NCBI RefSeq assembly: GCF_000150275.1
Contig: NW_002060943.1
Span: 5,042,008 to 5,106,007, forward strand
DNA: 64,000 nucleotides
Origin: Trichoplax adhaerens
Taxonomy: Eukaryota; Animalia; Placozoa
Reading direction: 5' to 3'
Under the pieces are notes generated by a model that had not been told where the DNA came from, did no database searches, and saw nothing but the letters and a program-made list of their open reading frames with translations. Made by a program: the position numbers and the translations under genes. This document shows positions 31,317 through 45,300 of the stretch, in pieces. The number at the start of each line of letters is the position of its first letter. Position 1 is the stretch's first letter.

Positions 31317-34300
31317 TTGCTATCAATCATCTTTCATAGTAGAAACATTTCAAATTTCAAATAGTATGGTAAAATTGATAAGTAGCTTCAGTTGAAACTG
31401 CTAGAAATAGCAACAAATTCTATAATGGGTACATCATTCTTCGTGTCATATTACCGGATATTTAGTAGGTTGATTACCATAAGTATAAGCAAATAGAAAA
31501 TTTTAAAGTACTGTTATTATCAATACGATCATGTGAAATATAGACGTTTTCATTACTATACACGGTAATATAGTTAATTTAATATCAGTTAGAAAAATAC
31601 GTATGGTGCATAAATTAGAATGTGACATGGTATTAACGCACTGTATATCCTTGCATTGGGTTTGCTACGGTTGAGCACTGCTAAAGATTTATCGAATTGA
31701 AGTTTTATGAGATTACTCTTGTTTTTCATTCTTTATTTCAAGTAGATGTTTCTTTAAGATTGTTTGTTGCAGATGTAGTAATGTATTCTACCGTACGTCG
31801 TAGCTAGTAGTAAGATTAGTCTATAGAATTGCCATGGATTCATGACAGTATGATTAGATTTTATATATAAGAGACTGATTTTTTAATAGAACTTTCCCAA
31901 AATATACTGGCTTTCCTAAATACAAGCTTGTAATGTAGAGACCATTCGCATTTTGAATGTAACGAACGATCTTTCTGTTCAGCTCAATTTCATTCTCTAT
32001 CGTCGTTTATACTAACGGCTGAAATCGACTAACACAGAACATCTAATGGCTTTGCTTGTTAATCCTTGCGGTTATGCATAAGTCTAACTGATGCTTTCTT
32101 AGTAAATGCAACTGCAAGACGATTTCATAGACGAGCAAATTATATTGGGAATATGTAATGCATTGATTAACGTTTGTAAAATTTCTTGAAATAGCATGTA
32201 ATAAAAGGATTCTATATATTATTCCACCATGGACGTTACAAGTGTAACACACTATATATTATATGGGACGTTCATAGCCGACCTAATTCAATTCAGGGAT
32301 GCAAAATTTTAGTTAAAAGGCTGTATAATAACTATTTATAAATACGCAATACATTCTCTGCAAATTTTAGATGAGCGCAATATTTACATTTTAAGTTCGA
32401 ATATTGCATTCTTTTGTAAACTATATTATCAGATATTGCTTCAAAGCAATAATAGTCAGCCCTACCAATGTATGAAACCTTCCTACTCCAGATGCCTTGC
32501 TATATCACAGTACACTGCATAGAAGAATGAAATTCATTTACACTACCGTAACTCTACAGCAAATACCATCAAACTGCTTATCAAATAGTCATTACTTACT
32601 AAAACTACGCAGAAAGAATTTTTAGTGAAACTGAGGCGCGTTTAATGCAAATGATTCATAACTTTCCGATAGTTTATTAAATTTATTTGCTGTTGTGTTG
32701 TGAAATTATTAAAGTCAGCGATTACTCAGTCTTTCAAAGAGGAGAAATTATATTATATCTAATCTTAGCTAATCTTTTATTGAGTCATCACGGACATGGT
32801 TTAATTTAGCGAGTAAATCCTTACAGAGTGCTGCCTTCGCTGTACATTACTACTGTATTTGGCTGACTCATTAATATTTTTAGCTAGCAAATCAAGAAAT
32901 GGTTTAAAAATTAAAGGTATTCTAGAATTTGATAAACTATGTTCCTGACTGTATATAATTTGGTCGTCCCAATACCGGTTATACGAGTATAAATCAGCCT
33001 CGAAACATTCTGTTTATTATTTATCGATATTACTTCTCCTCCTGGTCGTACATGTGATGAATTTACTCAACCTCGTAGAGATAAAATTACAAAATAGATG
33101 CCAATTAAACAACATGAAGAAGTATTAGGTCGCACCGCCCATCTTGATGCCTTCGTTATGGGTACTTGTGATAGCTATGATCCTCATAGCGATTCCATTT
33201 TACAACTCTCTATCTCGGTAAATCTTAAGCTAATACCATGTAAAGAATTATAGTATCCAATATCTTATCTCATTTTCGAGCAATATAGGTCTTTCACATT
33301 ATCAAGATATCGATGCTACCACAAAATCACCATAAAATGCCAATCATAGTCATTCAAAAGCGGTGCTCGATCAAGATCCGTGATAGCTGTTCAGTGCTAT
33401 TTTTAATATTTACTTTTAATTTTTGCTATTAGAATTTTGCGGTAAGAAATTTTAATCGTTCATAATAAATTATGCTTACTCAATTTGAACATCCTAATTC
33501 TCTACAGTAGGTCATCATAACTATTTTATTTGCATAATTATAATGTGCCGTTTCTATATTTTGGTATCAGCACCAATAAATGTCTCAACTCAGTAGGAGT
33601 TCATGCCTAATCATCTATTTCGATCAAAGATATCAAGGTTAAAGCTCGAAAGTCCAAGGGTCAGTTAGCAAACAAAATTCAAAACAGAATTTTTCCTCAT
33701 TATCTCACATAAAATCGATTGACTGTGAATAATATTTTATTAGTAAGCCCCAAAGTTATGAAACTCTTGACCAAATAGAGAATTACTATTAACAACGACC
33801 ATTTTGACCCATCTGATCGAATTTGATCCTTATTACGACGATATAGATACTTAAAGAATTCAGCATATCTTTTCAGAATGGATAAAAAAAATCTCTCGCA
33901 TAAATTAAAACCAATTAACTAAACTATCGAAAAAATTGCACTAACTGCAACTAATTATACAAGTCTATTTTGCTTGTTATTAAATGATACAGCGAGGCTC
34001 AAATTAACATGAACACTATTTACTCTTTAGATAAAATTGTTTTACATGCTTAACTACTATCAGGCTTGACAATTGTAGTATTGCCGAAATATGAATAATC
34101 TATGATGAATTGTTAGCAAATATGCATGGTGGAATGATAGCAGATTTTAGAACCAGTTTATCGTTGGCATCTCAAATTAAAATTCCTTAATTTAGTTTTC
34201 TGTCATTATAACCTAAAAATAAAACGAAGTCCCAAGCCTAATACAGGACATTTATAATATAAGGTAAATAAATAAGAATTTCTCAATAAAAGTAATAATT

Positions 34301-35140
34301 TCATGGAGCAATCTGTAACAAAAATCGATTCAGGCTGGCATAACATACAATACAATCTATCCTTCAACCTATTTTACTCGTAATTTCCCTAATATTTGTC
34401 ATTTAAAATCATTGCTTTGGATAAATTCTTCACGACTGAGATACACCTTGCATTCTCTAAGCACAGGTAATGGCAACAATGGAAACAGAATACTTATAAC
34501 AAATACTATAAAATCACTCTATAATATGTGTTTATCACTATAGAATAAACCTGAACTTTTTAGTATAAATGTTAATATCATAAGTTTGCTAATTTAAATT
34601 TGAAATACTAGTAATGTAAATATAAACGAATTTTTATAATAATATCAGCAGAGCACACCATGTTACCGATGCATCCATCATCAATTTGTAAAAGATACTA
34701 TATCTGTAATCTATGATCCTACCATTTTATACGGTACGGCATATTCCTCTTATTGATAAGTACTAGCCCTTCAAACTGCGTAGATCTTTACAGAATCTTT
34801 ATTACGCTACGGTACCTTCTAAATTCATAAATAGCAAATATCCAGATCTTAATTGCCAACTAAGGTATTTAAAAGTTCAACTTTAGTGTTGTATATGATA
34901 TCCTGACATTAATTTACTATTGATAATTCCAATTTCATATCATAATTGCGGAACTACCCGATACTACTGTACTGACAACCAATTCCACTTCATAGTTTAA
35001 ACAGCAACTTACCACCATATTGTTATAAATTGCAATCATATTTTAAACATTAGTACTGCAGTCTAAATGCTGCGAAATTTTTCCAAGACATTTTTAGTCA
35101 CATCGTGCTATCAATTATAGCGCTTAAGAAATTCTCAGCC

Positions 35141-38096
35141 ATGAATATCGACGACACTACAATATCGGAAGCGGAGATGAAACGGCAATTGGAAGATATG
35201 AAAGAAAGGGGCAATAAAATAACGAATGAGGTCAGTAATACTTCATGTTGATATAAATTGAAAAGTTATTTGTTAATATCGACCTGTTCGACTATAATCT
35301 CGTTACTTTAATATATAGTTGTTAGCCAAATGAACGATAGATCTGTCCAGACTCGTAGATGATGTAATCAAGAGAAGTAAATTAGTACATTGCACATTAG
35401 TTCATAAACTAGTGATAGGCTTTATACTAATGATAGTAATGTTAATTACTTGTAATCTTTAAAACTATTGTGTTTATTTTAAAAATTTCGCTTTGTAGTC
35501 TCTAGATAGTACCAGGCGTATATTGGTGATAGCAGAGGAGGTATGGTGACACTGAATGCGGTAGATACTAAAATAATCCAGCGAAATGATACTCTCTTGC
35601 ACACCATTTGGGTATCGTTAATATATATTGTCATATATATCTTATAACGCAATCTGCCTGTAGTTCGATGGCGATGACAACGTTTATTTCTCATTAGTAA
35701 ATGTTGAATATGATTATAGATGAGTTCCAGTCCATTTTCATAACTCTATAACAATCTAATCTTCGGTTCATCTTGATAGACACATGGAATTGGTACAAAA
35801 ACCTTGGAGACGCTGAATACGCAAGGGGGTTAGGGCTACTGTAATAGATAAATCTACCGTATAGCAATACCATGAAGGATTAAACAGTTAAATTTAAATA
35901 TATTTTTATGCTAAATCTGACACATATCTTCGAAGAAGCAAATTTAGCTATAGCTATAGCCTCAGTACAAAATAATACAAACATACCAGGTATCGGATAG
36001 GAAAATTAAAAGATATCATTAAGCTAAATCTAACATACTGGTATGTCTTTGAGGAAACAAATTTAACTATAGAGCCAGTACAGAATACTACGAATATGTC
36101 ATCTATCGGATAAGCAAATTAAAAGATATCATTATGCTAAATCTAACATATATGTATCTTCGAGGAAGCAATTTTAGCTATAGCTCCAGTATAGAATAAT
36201 ACGGATATGCCACCTATCGGGTAGGCAAGTTAAAAAGATATCTTTAAGCTAAAAATCTTACATGTATCTTCGAGGAAGCAGTTTTAGTATTAGTACAGAA
36301 GAATACGAATATATCATCTGTTGAATAGGCAGCTCGTACTTAGGATGTTACAGCATCACAGTAACTTGGAGGAGTTAAAATACCCCAAACACCTAAGAGA
36401 ACTTGCAGTCGGTTGTTAATTTTTTACCAATATCTTTATGGATGAGTCTTAGCGACAGTAGGGCAGCACCTGATTAATACTAATTTTACTATAATTCTCT
36501 TATACTATCACAATAACCAGATAAGTTATGGAATATCATTCAGTATTCTGTATATAATATTTATTCCACTAATAATGTCTCTGCATTGTTAAAACATCGT
36601 TAACTACACAAATACTTATCTTACTAATATATAGAGCAAATTGATCGGATCGAGCAGAACATGGAGCAGATCAATGCCGATATGCATGAAGCCGAGAAAA
36701 ATTTAACAAATTTAGAAAAGTGTTGTGGATTATGTGTTTGTCCATGGAAAAGGTATATGTCTACATGGTATTTCAACATATTTTATCCCATATGATACAA
36801 TTTTCAAAAGCAGTTAGCTTAATAATTAACTATTGTACATGTCTATTTCTAATATCTGCTATAATGTAATATTATAGCATATGCTTCGCTTGAAAATTAC
36901 TGTATTTTCTTAAAAGGATTACGGCTTAAATATTAAGCAAAGAACTGTGGTAGGGATTTTGTTAGTTGTAATGAATATTCATTATATCAAATTGAGCATT
37001 CCATAATATTTAGGACCGAAAATTTTGAAAAAAGCAAAGATTTTAAGAGAGTTTGGGGACCACAAAATGATGAAGTTGTAAATTATCAACCAGGTTAGGC
37101 CATATACTCAATTTAAATATACATTCGAAAAGCTTTATTTTGACAATTCATTTCTTACCATGGTTATGGGACATCAATTCTAATTAAGAAATCTGTACGT
37201 AATTCCGATATCATATTCTACTAACAAGCCGAATATTATCTGCGAATCTCAACACAGTTTTACAATCTACTCTGACTTATCGCAACACCTCGCCTAACAA
37301 ATTTATGTTACAAAATGGTAATTATATTCAGAGGTAACTACGGTATTTAGTTGAAAACTTTATCAGAGACTTTGGAAGTACTTCTGCAATACTAATCCAA
37401 ATTCTTCTTTGCCAGTAATAATTTCCCATGATTAAAAATATCTACATTTACATCCACTTTGAATAGAGTTACGAACGATATACGTGAAGACGAAATGGAT
37501 AGCAATCTCAGGTAAAAATAAAAAATCCGTAAATAGGTTGCGTTTGTATTTCGTTGATTGCTGATGTACTTCATTGTACTCTCGTAAATTTGTATTGACT
37601 TACAAGCATATTAAACCAAGTAATTAAATGGATTAAGAATTAATAAAGGGTAAGATATTAGTGCAGCATTACAACAGCTATTTCTACATTTTTGTATGAT
37701 TAGACAAGTGGGTGGATTAGTAAGCGATTTAAAATCAATGGCCGTGGATATGGGTAAAGAACTAGACAAACAAAATAAACAACTTTTCGCCATGAGTGAG
37801 AAGGTAACGATATTTAATTAGCCTAGAAATGATGCGAGTACTTTAACATTAACTATAGTATACCTATGCAGTAACATTACCTGCTATACTGTTTCATTAA
37901 GTAAGTATCAGAAGGATTTATAATCTATTTTATAATAACGATGCCAAAATGATATTCCCTAAAATTGAAAAGCATAATGTGCTAAAAACTCATCCACTCA
38001 GCATGAATACTTTTATTACTGTCATAGGTGGACATGACTAGTGATCGAGTTGACGGTGCGAATGTAAGGGCAAAACGAATCTTACGTAATCAATAA
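35141..38096 (+). CDS. SNAP25: SNAP-25 paralog 2, ~222 aa
   Basis: Exons 35141-35230, 35499-35540, 35780-35828, 36635-36752, 37014-37093, 37258-37333, 37467-37511, 37704-37803, 38028-38096; same intron phases as paralog 1; CCGLCVCPW and both zero-layer Gln retained. The exon 6 acceptor is the least certain boundary. Confidence 0.92.
35906..36331. repeat. Diverged ~113-bp tandem repeat (~3.8 copies) in intron 3 of SNAP-25 paralog 2
   Basis: Recurring GCTAAATCT..TATCTTCGAGGAAGCA..TAGCTATAG..AGTACAGAATA..TATCGGATAGG..TTAAAAGATATC units starting at ~35906, 36019, 36132 and 36244. Confidence 0.85.
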
Positions 38097-41000
38097 CAAT
38101 ATTTTCATAATTAATCACACCTTAATATACTTCCATGAGAACAAGTTCTAAAATTTTAGTTGGCGTACGTTAAATAAATTTGTGACGACATTATTATAAA
38201 CGATTCTCGAAAAATGTCTTTGTATCCTAGCTCGTACTGAATTATACGTATGCACACAGCAAAATAAGGCAAGCTAACCTCCAGTGTTGAATATTATGTT
38301 ACATGATCATATTCATAATTATTTATGACTTTAACGCTAGAAACTAATATTGTAATTAGCAATAATATTGAGGGATTTAAAGTTACAAGGCTCTATAATT
38401 TTAGTTTTAAATTTACTTTGACAATAATCATCCATTTCAGCTGCTAAATATCTACTTAAGATGGATATCTCCGAAAAATAATTTTTTAATCCATATATTG
38501 TCGTTTACAAAGTTTATTAATCTATCGATTTTAAAGCTAATACTCAGGGCTGATTTAGTAAAGCTACCTTGCACCAATTTACTCAATTCTAGCTTTCAAT
38601 GATATTCAACGCTCTGTGTGGTCAACAAATTAAGACGACATCCTTGACTTGTCGTTTTCAGACCAACGTTTGAAACTGATTTAGTACAATTGCTTTTAAG
38701 CAAGATTATTAACCTTTTGTCTGTAAGAAATGTAGTATTTATACGGTTGTAGGAGTAGATTGCATAAGTAATAGGTGGAGAGATCTAGGCTTTATGGAAA
38801 TTATTCAGTTGCTACCTCTAGTGATCCATTAAGACGACATTTTTAATTAGTGATTACTACCAAGTCATTACTTAATTGAAGAAGAATAATACTTTTACAA
38901 TAAAAACCTATTCATAAAGCTTCTATCTAGCAAAATGAATACCACTAGTAATGCTAATGTTATATTTATATATCACGCTATCTGAACGTGCTCTTGATGA
39001 ATAAAATATCATTTCAAATAGCAATTTTTATGTCGCACTGACTAATTATAACTAAAGATCTACCAGAGATAGGTAGTTTTATATTAATTTAACCTACAAT
39101 ATGCGACAACATTTCCATTTATAAGAGTGTCTATTTAGTAGAACGAACAAGAATGGCTAAACTGATGTAGTATTTTTAAACTAGACTATCCAATTGCCCT
39201 TGTTACGGATTAAAATATCGTTTAAAATGATATTTTTTATGTCCTACTAGACTCTTACTATAAGTACTACCAAACTGTAATTGATATTCGTAAAAAGAAT
39301 ATTTAAATTTAATCGGTAGACGCTATATCTTTGTAATTATAATCATTCCTAAAGGTTTTTGTCGATCCATCAACTGTTTTTAAATTTCGAAATAATTCCA
39401 AATCTGACATTTTTCTATGAAGAAATAATGGCTAGTTATGTACTTTAGGCTCAGTGTATTAAAATATGAGAGAGTTAAACATTTAATTCTATGCTGGATG
39501 CTTAAGAAATAAAAGCACTAAAGTGTCTGATTCAATATTCTAATGTATTTGTCCAGTAAAGATTATCTGTAATATTATACTCTGAATACTTTGTTGTGAT
39601 ACTATGATTTCAATTCTTTTATTATGTCTATTGCTAAAAGAGTTATTAACAATATTACTTCCTGAATACTATGTTATCATTGTAGTTTTTCGGTTTTGCA
39701 GGATATTCGTAAAAGGGTTCTTTACTAGTATTACATTTAGAGTGCTCCGTTATGGCTTTACTATTTCAGTTTGCCAGTTAATTTATATGATGGGCTTTTT
39801 TTAATATTATATTCCAAATTTTTGTTATGCTTTAGTATGGATAGCGTATTTCAACTTTCTTGTGTACTTATACAATAGGAATTCTTAAGTCATATTATAC
39901 TTTGAGGACTAGTACCGTTGTAAAAAATCTTCCTAATAATATTGAACGCCAAGAACTTAGTTCATTTCCGTAACAATATTTCTTAATAATATTATACTTT
40001 CTGCTGCTACGTAGCAATTTCTTGTGATATTATATTCTAAGTGTTATTTTGCAATTTCAATATCACTCGACGCAATAGCATAGTGTTTGTCATAATTAAT
40101 AAAGATATGCCGTAATATAACTATTTACATTGTATGTTGGTACTCAATATCTTGTCTATAGACAACGATTCCCTGATTAATCTTTAGTATTTTAGGCGTA
40201 GGTTTGGGATAGGACTTTCATAGCATTTTAGCGTATGCTACATTCTGCGATACTGCGAATACTTTACAATTTCTTGCTAAGCTACGATTTATCCAAGCAT
40301 GAAAGAGTACGATCATCTAAACTTGATTTTGTGTTACCAGTTACCATATTTTTAAGTTTTAGTATAGTGATCTATTTTTAACTTTATTAACAATATGCAG
40401 ACAAAATTCTGATACAATTCCTTGATCCGATTTGGCTATAAAGCAACCCCCAGTCTAACGAGATTAACCTTAATGGAAGGTTATATTGATTATTCATGAA
40501 TAATAGCTGAATGTTATCAATTGAAATATACTAACCAAGATCTATCGTGAGATCTATAGTATGGTGGTATTGCTCTACCTTTAGACTGAGATATCTGACT
40601 TATTGACTAAAAATAAATGAATACACTGTATTAATAATACTTATCAAGAAGGTTAGAAGCGCACAATTCCATTTTAAGAATACTATTGGGATTTACGTAA
40701 ACTAAGTTATTAATTCATGAGTACTATCTTTTCAATACTACTTACAACATAATTTGATGACATACCCTTAATATAGATTGATATATTTCCAAATATATCC
40801 AATTTTACGATTGCGAAATATCATTTCTATGACTCATTTTAATTTGATTCATTTTCAAATACCAAGAAATCACACGAAATCATACAAAAAATGAATACGG
40901 ATTAATTTTACAAGCGAAGTGATATCAAATGAATAGAATAAATTCCATTAATTACAATAAACATGAAGAAAAGCATCTAGTGATTACATGATCTTTTCTT

Positions 41001-42328
41001 TTACCTACGATAGCCATTTCATCACATGGTGTTCAAATTTGCAAACGTTTGGCTTAATTGCAGGCTACATTTCAGGTGTTTTTAGTTTTATTAATATTGA
41101 AAAGGGTGATTATGAATCAAAGTTTGTTTTTAAAATTGATATTAATTGTAGTTATGCAAGGTAATATCAAAAACTTTTTAGCTTTATAAATGTTGCAAGA
41201 GGTATTCTGGAAATGTGCCTATTTTAATAACTGCTATTAGTCATAGTCTTCTGAGCAAAGTCCGAGACAATATTATTAATTCTAAGGAAATTATTTATGC
41301 ATGTCCTCCATAAATATGTTAAATGCTAACAATAATTGTAGTCTTACCAGTAAACCAATATATTTTTAGTTTTATTTCGCTATTATAAAGACTATTATAT
41401 CGCATATATCGAATATTATTGTAGAATTAGTATTAGTCTTGATTTTACAATGAAGAACTCAGTATATTGTTTATTAATGCCATAAAGTTTATTCTAAAAT
41501 GATTTCCAATTTGATACTATTTCTAAGAGTAAAAGTCTAGTAATGAGCAATACTGAATTTTACTTCCTTCTCCTCCAATCAGGTATATATATTTCTGCTT
41601 ACTTCGGAGTTGTAGGCCAGCACACTTTAAAGTTAGCATTAGAAGAAAAATTCTTAAGATAACATTTAATCGTATCCATTTTACTAGAAGCTATTCGTTC
41701 AATATCCACTTACGCCTTAGTCATACTAAGTAGTTGGCGATTAAGGTATAAGTCACAACTTACTGCTTTGTCGATCAGCTAGAGAGGGTAAAATTAGTAT
41801 CTGAAAAGCCTCAACTACTTACGTCATCAGTACTTTTACGTTGAAGAAAGGTAAAAGGAATAGTTCCATCATCAAAATATCCAAAAATTGTGCTCAGTTC
41901 GTTTCAAAACTGTATGATACAAATTCACAAAAGGACATTTTATTGCATTGATTATTGACGGCAGTGATTCATTAATATTGTCTTAATAGCAGAATGAGAA
42001 TAAGTGCGCTGAAATTCTTTAGGAATTGATCATATCAAAGGATTAAAATAGATCTATCACTAATTACCATTGTTTTATTGTCGAGATTTTGTTTTAATAT
42101 AATCATTTTTCTAAGACATCTCATCCATCAGCCGCAACAATACCATCAAATAATCATTAATGAAAGTAACCAAAGAGTGGAACAAGAAGAGGCGTCTAAT
42201 CCAATTTTGTATATTGTTTGCAATCCTTGGCAAAGGTGTACGTATTGATTAAAATTAGAGGCACTTTTATGATAAAAAATATAAGTGGAGGAGGAAAAGG
42301 AAGAGACATTTAGGTCGGGTAGTAAATT

Positions 42329-45300
42329 ATGGATATGGCATCGGATGAAGAAATCAGACGAGAACTAGAAAAAATGGAAGCAAAAGGCAGTCATATTCTT
42401 AATCAAGTTAGTAAACTTTGAAATTAAATTAATAGTTTTAGCACTGACTATCAACTACTGAAAATAAATGAAATTGTTCAATAGTTGATTTAGCCATTAT
42501 GTAAACTCTCATTGGGGTATTGTAAATAGTTTTCATGGTATTACTTGCGAATACCCTGCTAATGCTTTTTATTTTTCCATATGGATGGTATTTAAATGTG
42601 AAGAAAAGCCAAATCGAAATTTGATACTCATTCTTTTAATACAAGCATAATATTTTGATAGTGTAATAACTCTATTTCCCTATTAAATTGTTAATGTTGC
42701 TATCAGAAATCATCACTCATTTCGGCTCTTACATTATGATTAAATCTATCTTTTCTTAAATATGAATTTTATCTCAGTAGAATAAACAGTTTAATTTTTT
42801 TGGAGGGGAGAAAGTTGCTGAAGCATTTGATAAATTCAGAATTATTGGCCGTAATAAATAGTTAGTGCACTACTGTATACTACGATATATCTGTTGGGAT
42901 TGCTTTATTCATTGAATCTATTGCCCTCTGTGAATAACACATACGATCTGAGATGGATTCATTTATTTCGACAGCTATGAATATTCTTTATAATCTAATA
43001 TAGGATGCAATCTCAAGTCGCAGTAAGCTATCCTTAAAAAAAGAAGCTAATTCACTCTCTACATTATAATTGCTACTTTATCTTGATAATACTTCCCAAG
43101 TATTGGATATTAAATATCTAATTTTCACACTAGTTTACTTGCTGTTCATAAAGTAATTTATCGTTCAATTGAGTGTCTCGCTGACTTTATTAAAGGCAAG
43201 TTCATCTTCATTGTTTTTTTCTTCTTCTGTAAGATAGTTCCATCATGACTGGTAAAATTAACCTGAGGCAGTTCAGTATAGGCTACTAATATTTCTTATA
43301 TATTACTTTATTATAGCAACTTCATGTAGATTAATTTGATATATCGATCAACTGATGATTGAATGGCATCGAAGCCATCGATATTTTAAGAGGCTACTAT
43401 CATTTCTTACGTATTATTTTATTGCAATAAACTTCATGTAGATGAATTTGATATATTGATCAACTAATGATTGAGTGGCATCGAAGCTTTAGATAATTTA
43501 AGGACTCTACTAGCGATATTTCATTTTTATTTCCGAATAACACAATTACAAGCTCCCAGCTTTATTTTTTTTTTTATCTCTACAAGATTTTTTATTTTAG
43601 ATATAGATTAAATCGTAACTATTAGGCTATTGAAAGATCAGCAATGTAAACCTTTTGCACAGATCTCTACTAGGCAATTCAGTAGATATAGCCTATATTA
43701 AGCTTAATCTAACAGCAGTTCAAGAAATCATGAGAAGAATTCGAAACCTTAATGGATTATATATAACCAGCAAAACTTAACTCGGTTAACCATCAGGTTG
43801 ATTCAATATTGACCTGATTTACTGCTAATTTAGATATTCCTAGGCGTGTTAGAAATATTTCTCGTATTTCTATACTCACTTTAACTGTTGTTATATAGAG
43901 ATCTTTTGTACTATGCGCTATTAGCTCACGATTTATGTATCCATTTTACACGCTATAGAAATCAAAGATAGTATGCTATAGGAGACTATCGTAAAATAAA
44001 TGGCAATTGCCTAACCGTAAAACTGATCACTGTTAAGGGAGAAACCTCAAGAGGGACCTTTCATTAATATTGATAACGTTAATTGCAGTCAAAATTGTTT
44101 ACGTATACCATCCATCAGCAACATAGATAAATGAAGTATAACATGAATAGGCTTACAAAAGGAGAAAATAGTTACATAGGTTTAGCAGAATATTACACGA
44201 GCAGTAGCATCAGTTATAGCTAAAATTTAAATGTGGATAAATATAGTTAGTGAATAAAGATAAGCTTAATCACAACCTTCAGATCCAAGATTAGTTACCG
44301 TAGCTATATATATCTATAGTAAAATGTATAACTAATTATACTCGTATCTCGATATACTTTTTCTGTTTCTTTAATTAATTATATAGCTTAGGAAAAACTA
44401 ATAATATTGCTTCTTCTATTATATTATTTGTCATTATCGTCGCTACTAGAGAATGTGATATACAATATTTACATAGACTTAAAAATGAAAAGGTTGTGAT
44501 TATGTGTATGCGGCAGCTTTAATTAATTTTATAGTCGCATCGTTGTAAGCGTTTTTATTCAATTTTGATCCTATTCGTAGCAGAAATGGACGTTTGCATT
44601 GGAATGCGCGTACAGTCGATATATATTCTGCATTGTAAATAAGTATTATAGTTTTACGCTTCTTTAAATAATTAATTTTATTTCTTTTATATCTGCTACA
44701 TCATTACACATTTATCGTCAGGCTAACATGTCTAGTATGATGTCACCTAAAGTACACTACATGCATATATTTCCTTCGGTGCTTTTCATTAAATTAGAGT
44801 TAATTCATAGCACATACGTTAGAGTTTATGATGATATTTGTTTGATCCTATCCACACAAAGTATACTTCTTTCTTAGATATTGTACAAGTATTGAAAGGC
44901 TTCGGACTCTTAGTCTTGGTAAACATCACCATGACTGGAAAAGTTACCAGCATATTCCATTTTAAATTTTATTTAAATGTTGTATTACAGATTATAAGCG
45001 AGAAATAACTGTGATACTTGTATCCTCAATTTATACCAACATACAGTATCATACAAGAAAGCTGCTTTTATGCAATAGTGTAAAATCAAGATTATTTCTT
45101 CTAGATAATTTCATTAAAACTACCCCTGTTTCAAAAATTATTTATTTCATATCCAGGAAGTATTTTGAAATCTATTGGACTCCTATCATCATTAAAATAG
45201 TACATCTTTATTACAAATAGCTCATGGTATTATTTTATTGTTCGAAATGACTAACAAACATTTCTCCTACTATTTTTCTTTTGACGTTATTCGCTTCTGC

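Noticed and set aside
42160-42236. Hydrophobic N-terminal extension exon for SNAP-25 copy 3 (MKVTKEWNKKRRLIQFCILFAILGK)
   Set aside because: Splicing to the 42313 acceptor is out of frame with the SNAP-25 ATG; at most a uORF.
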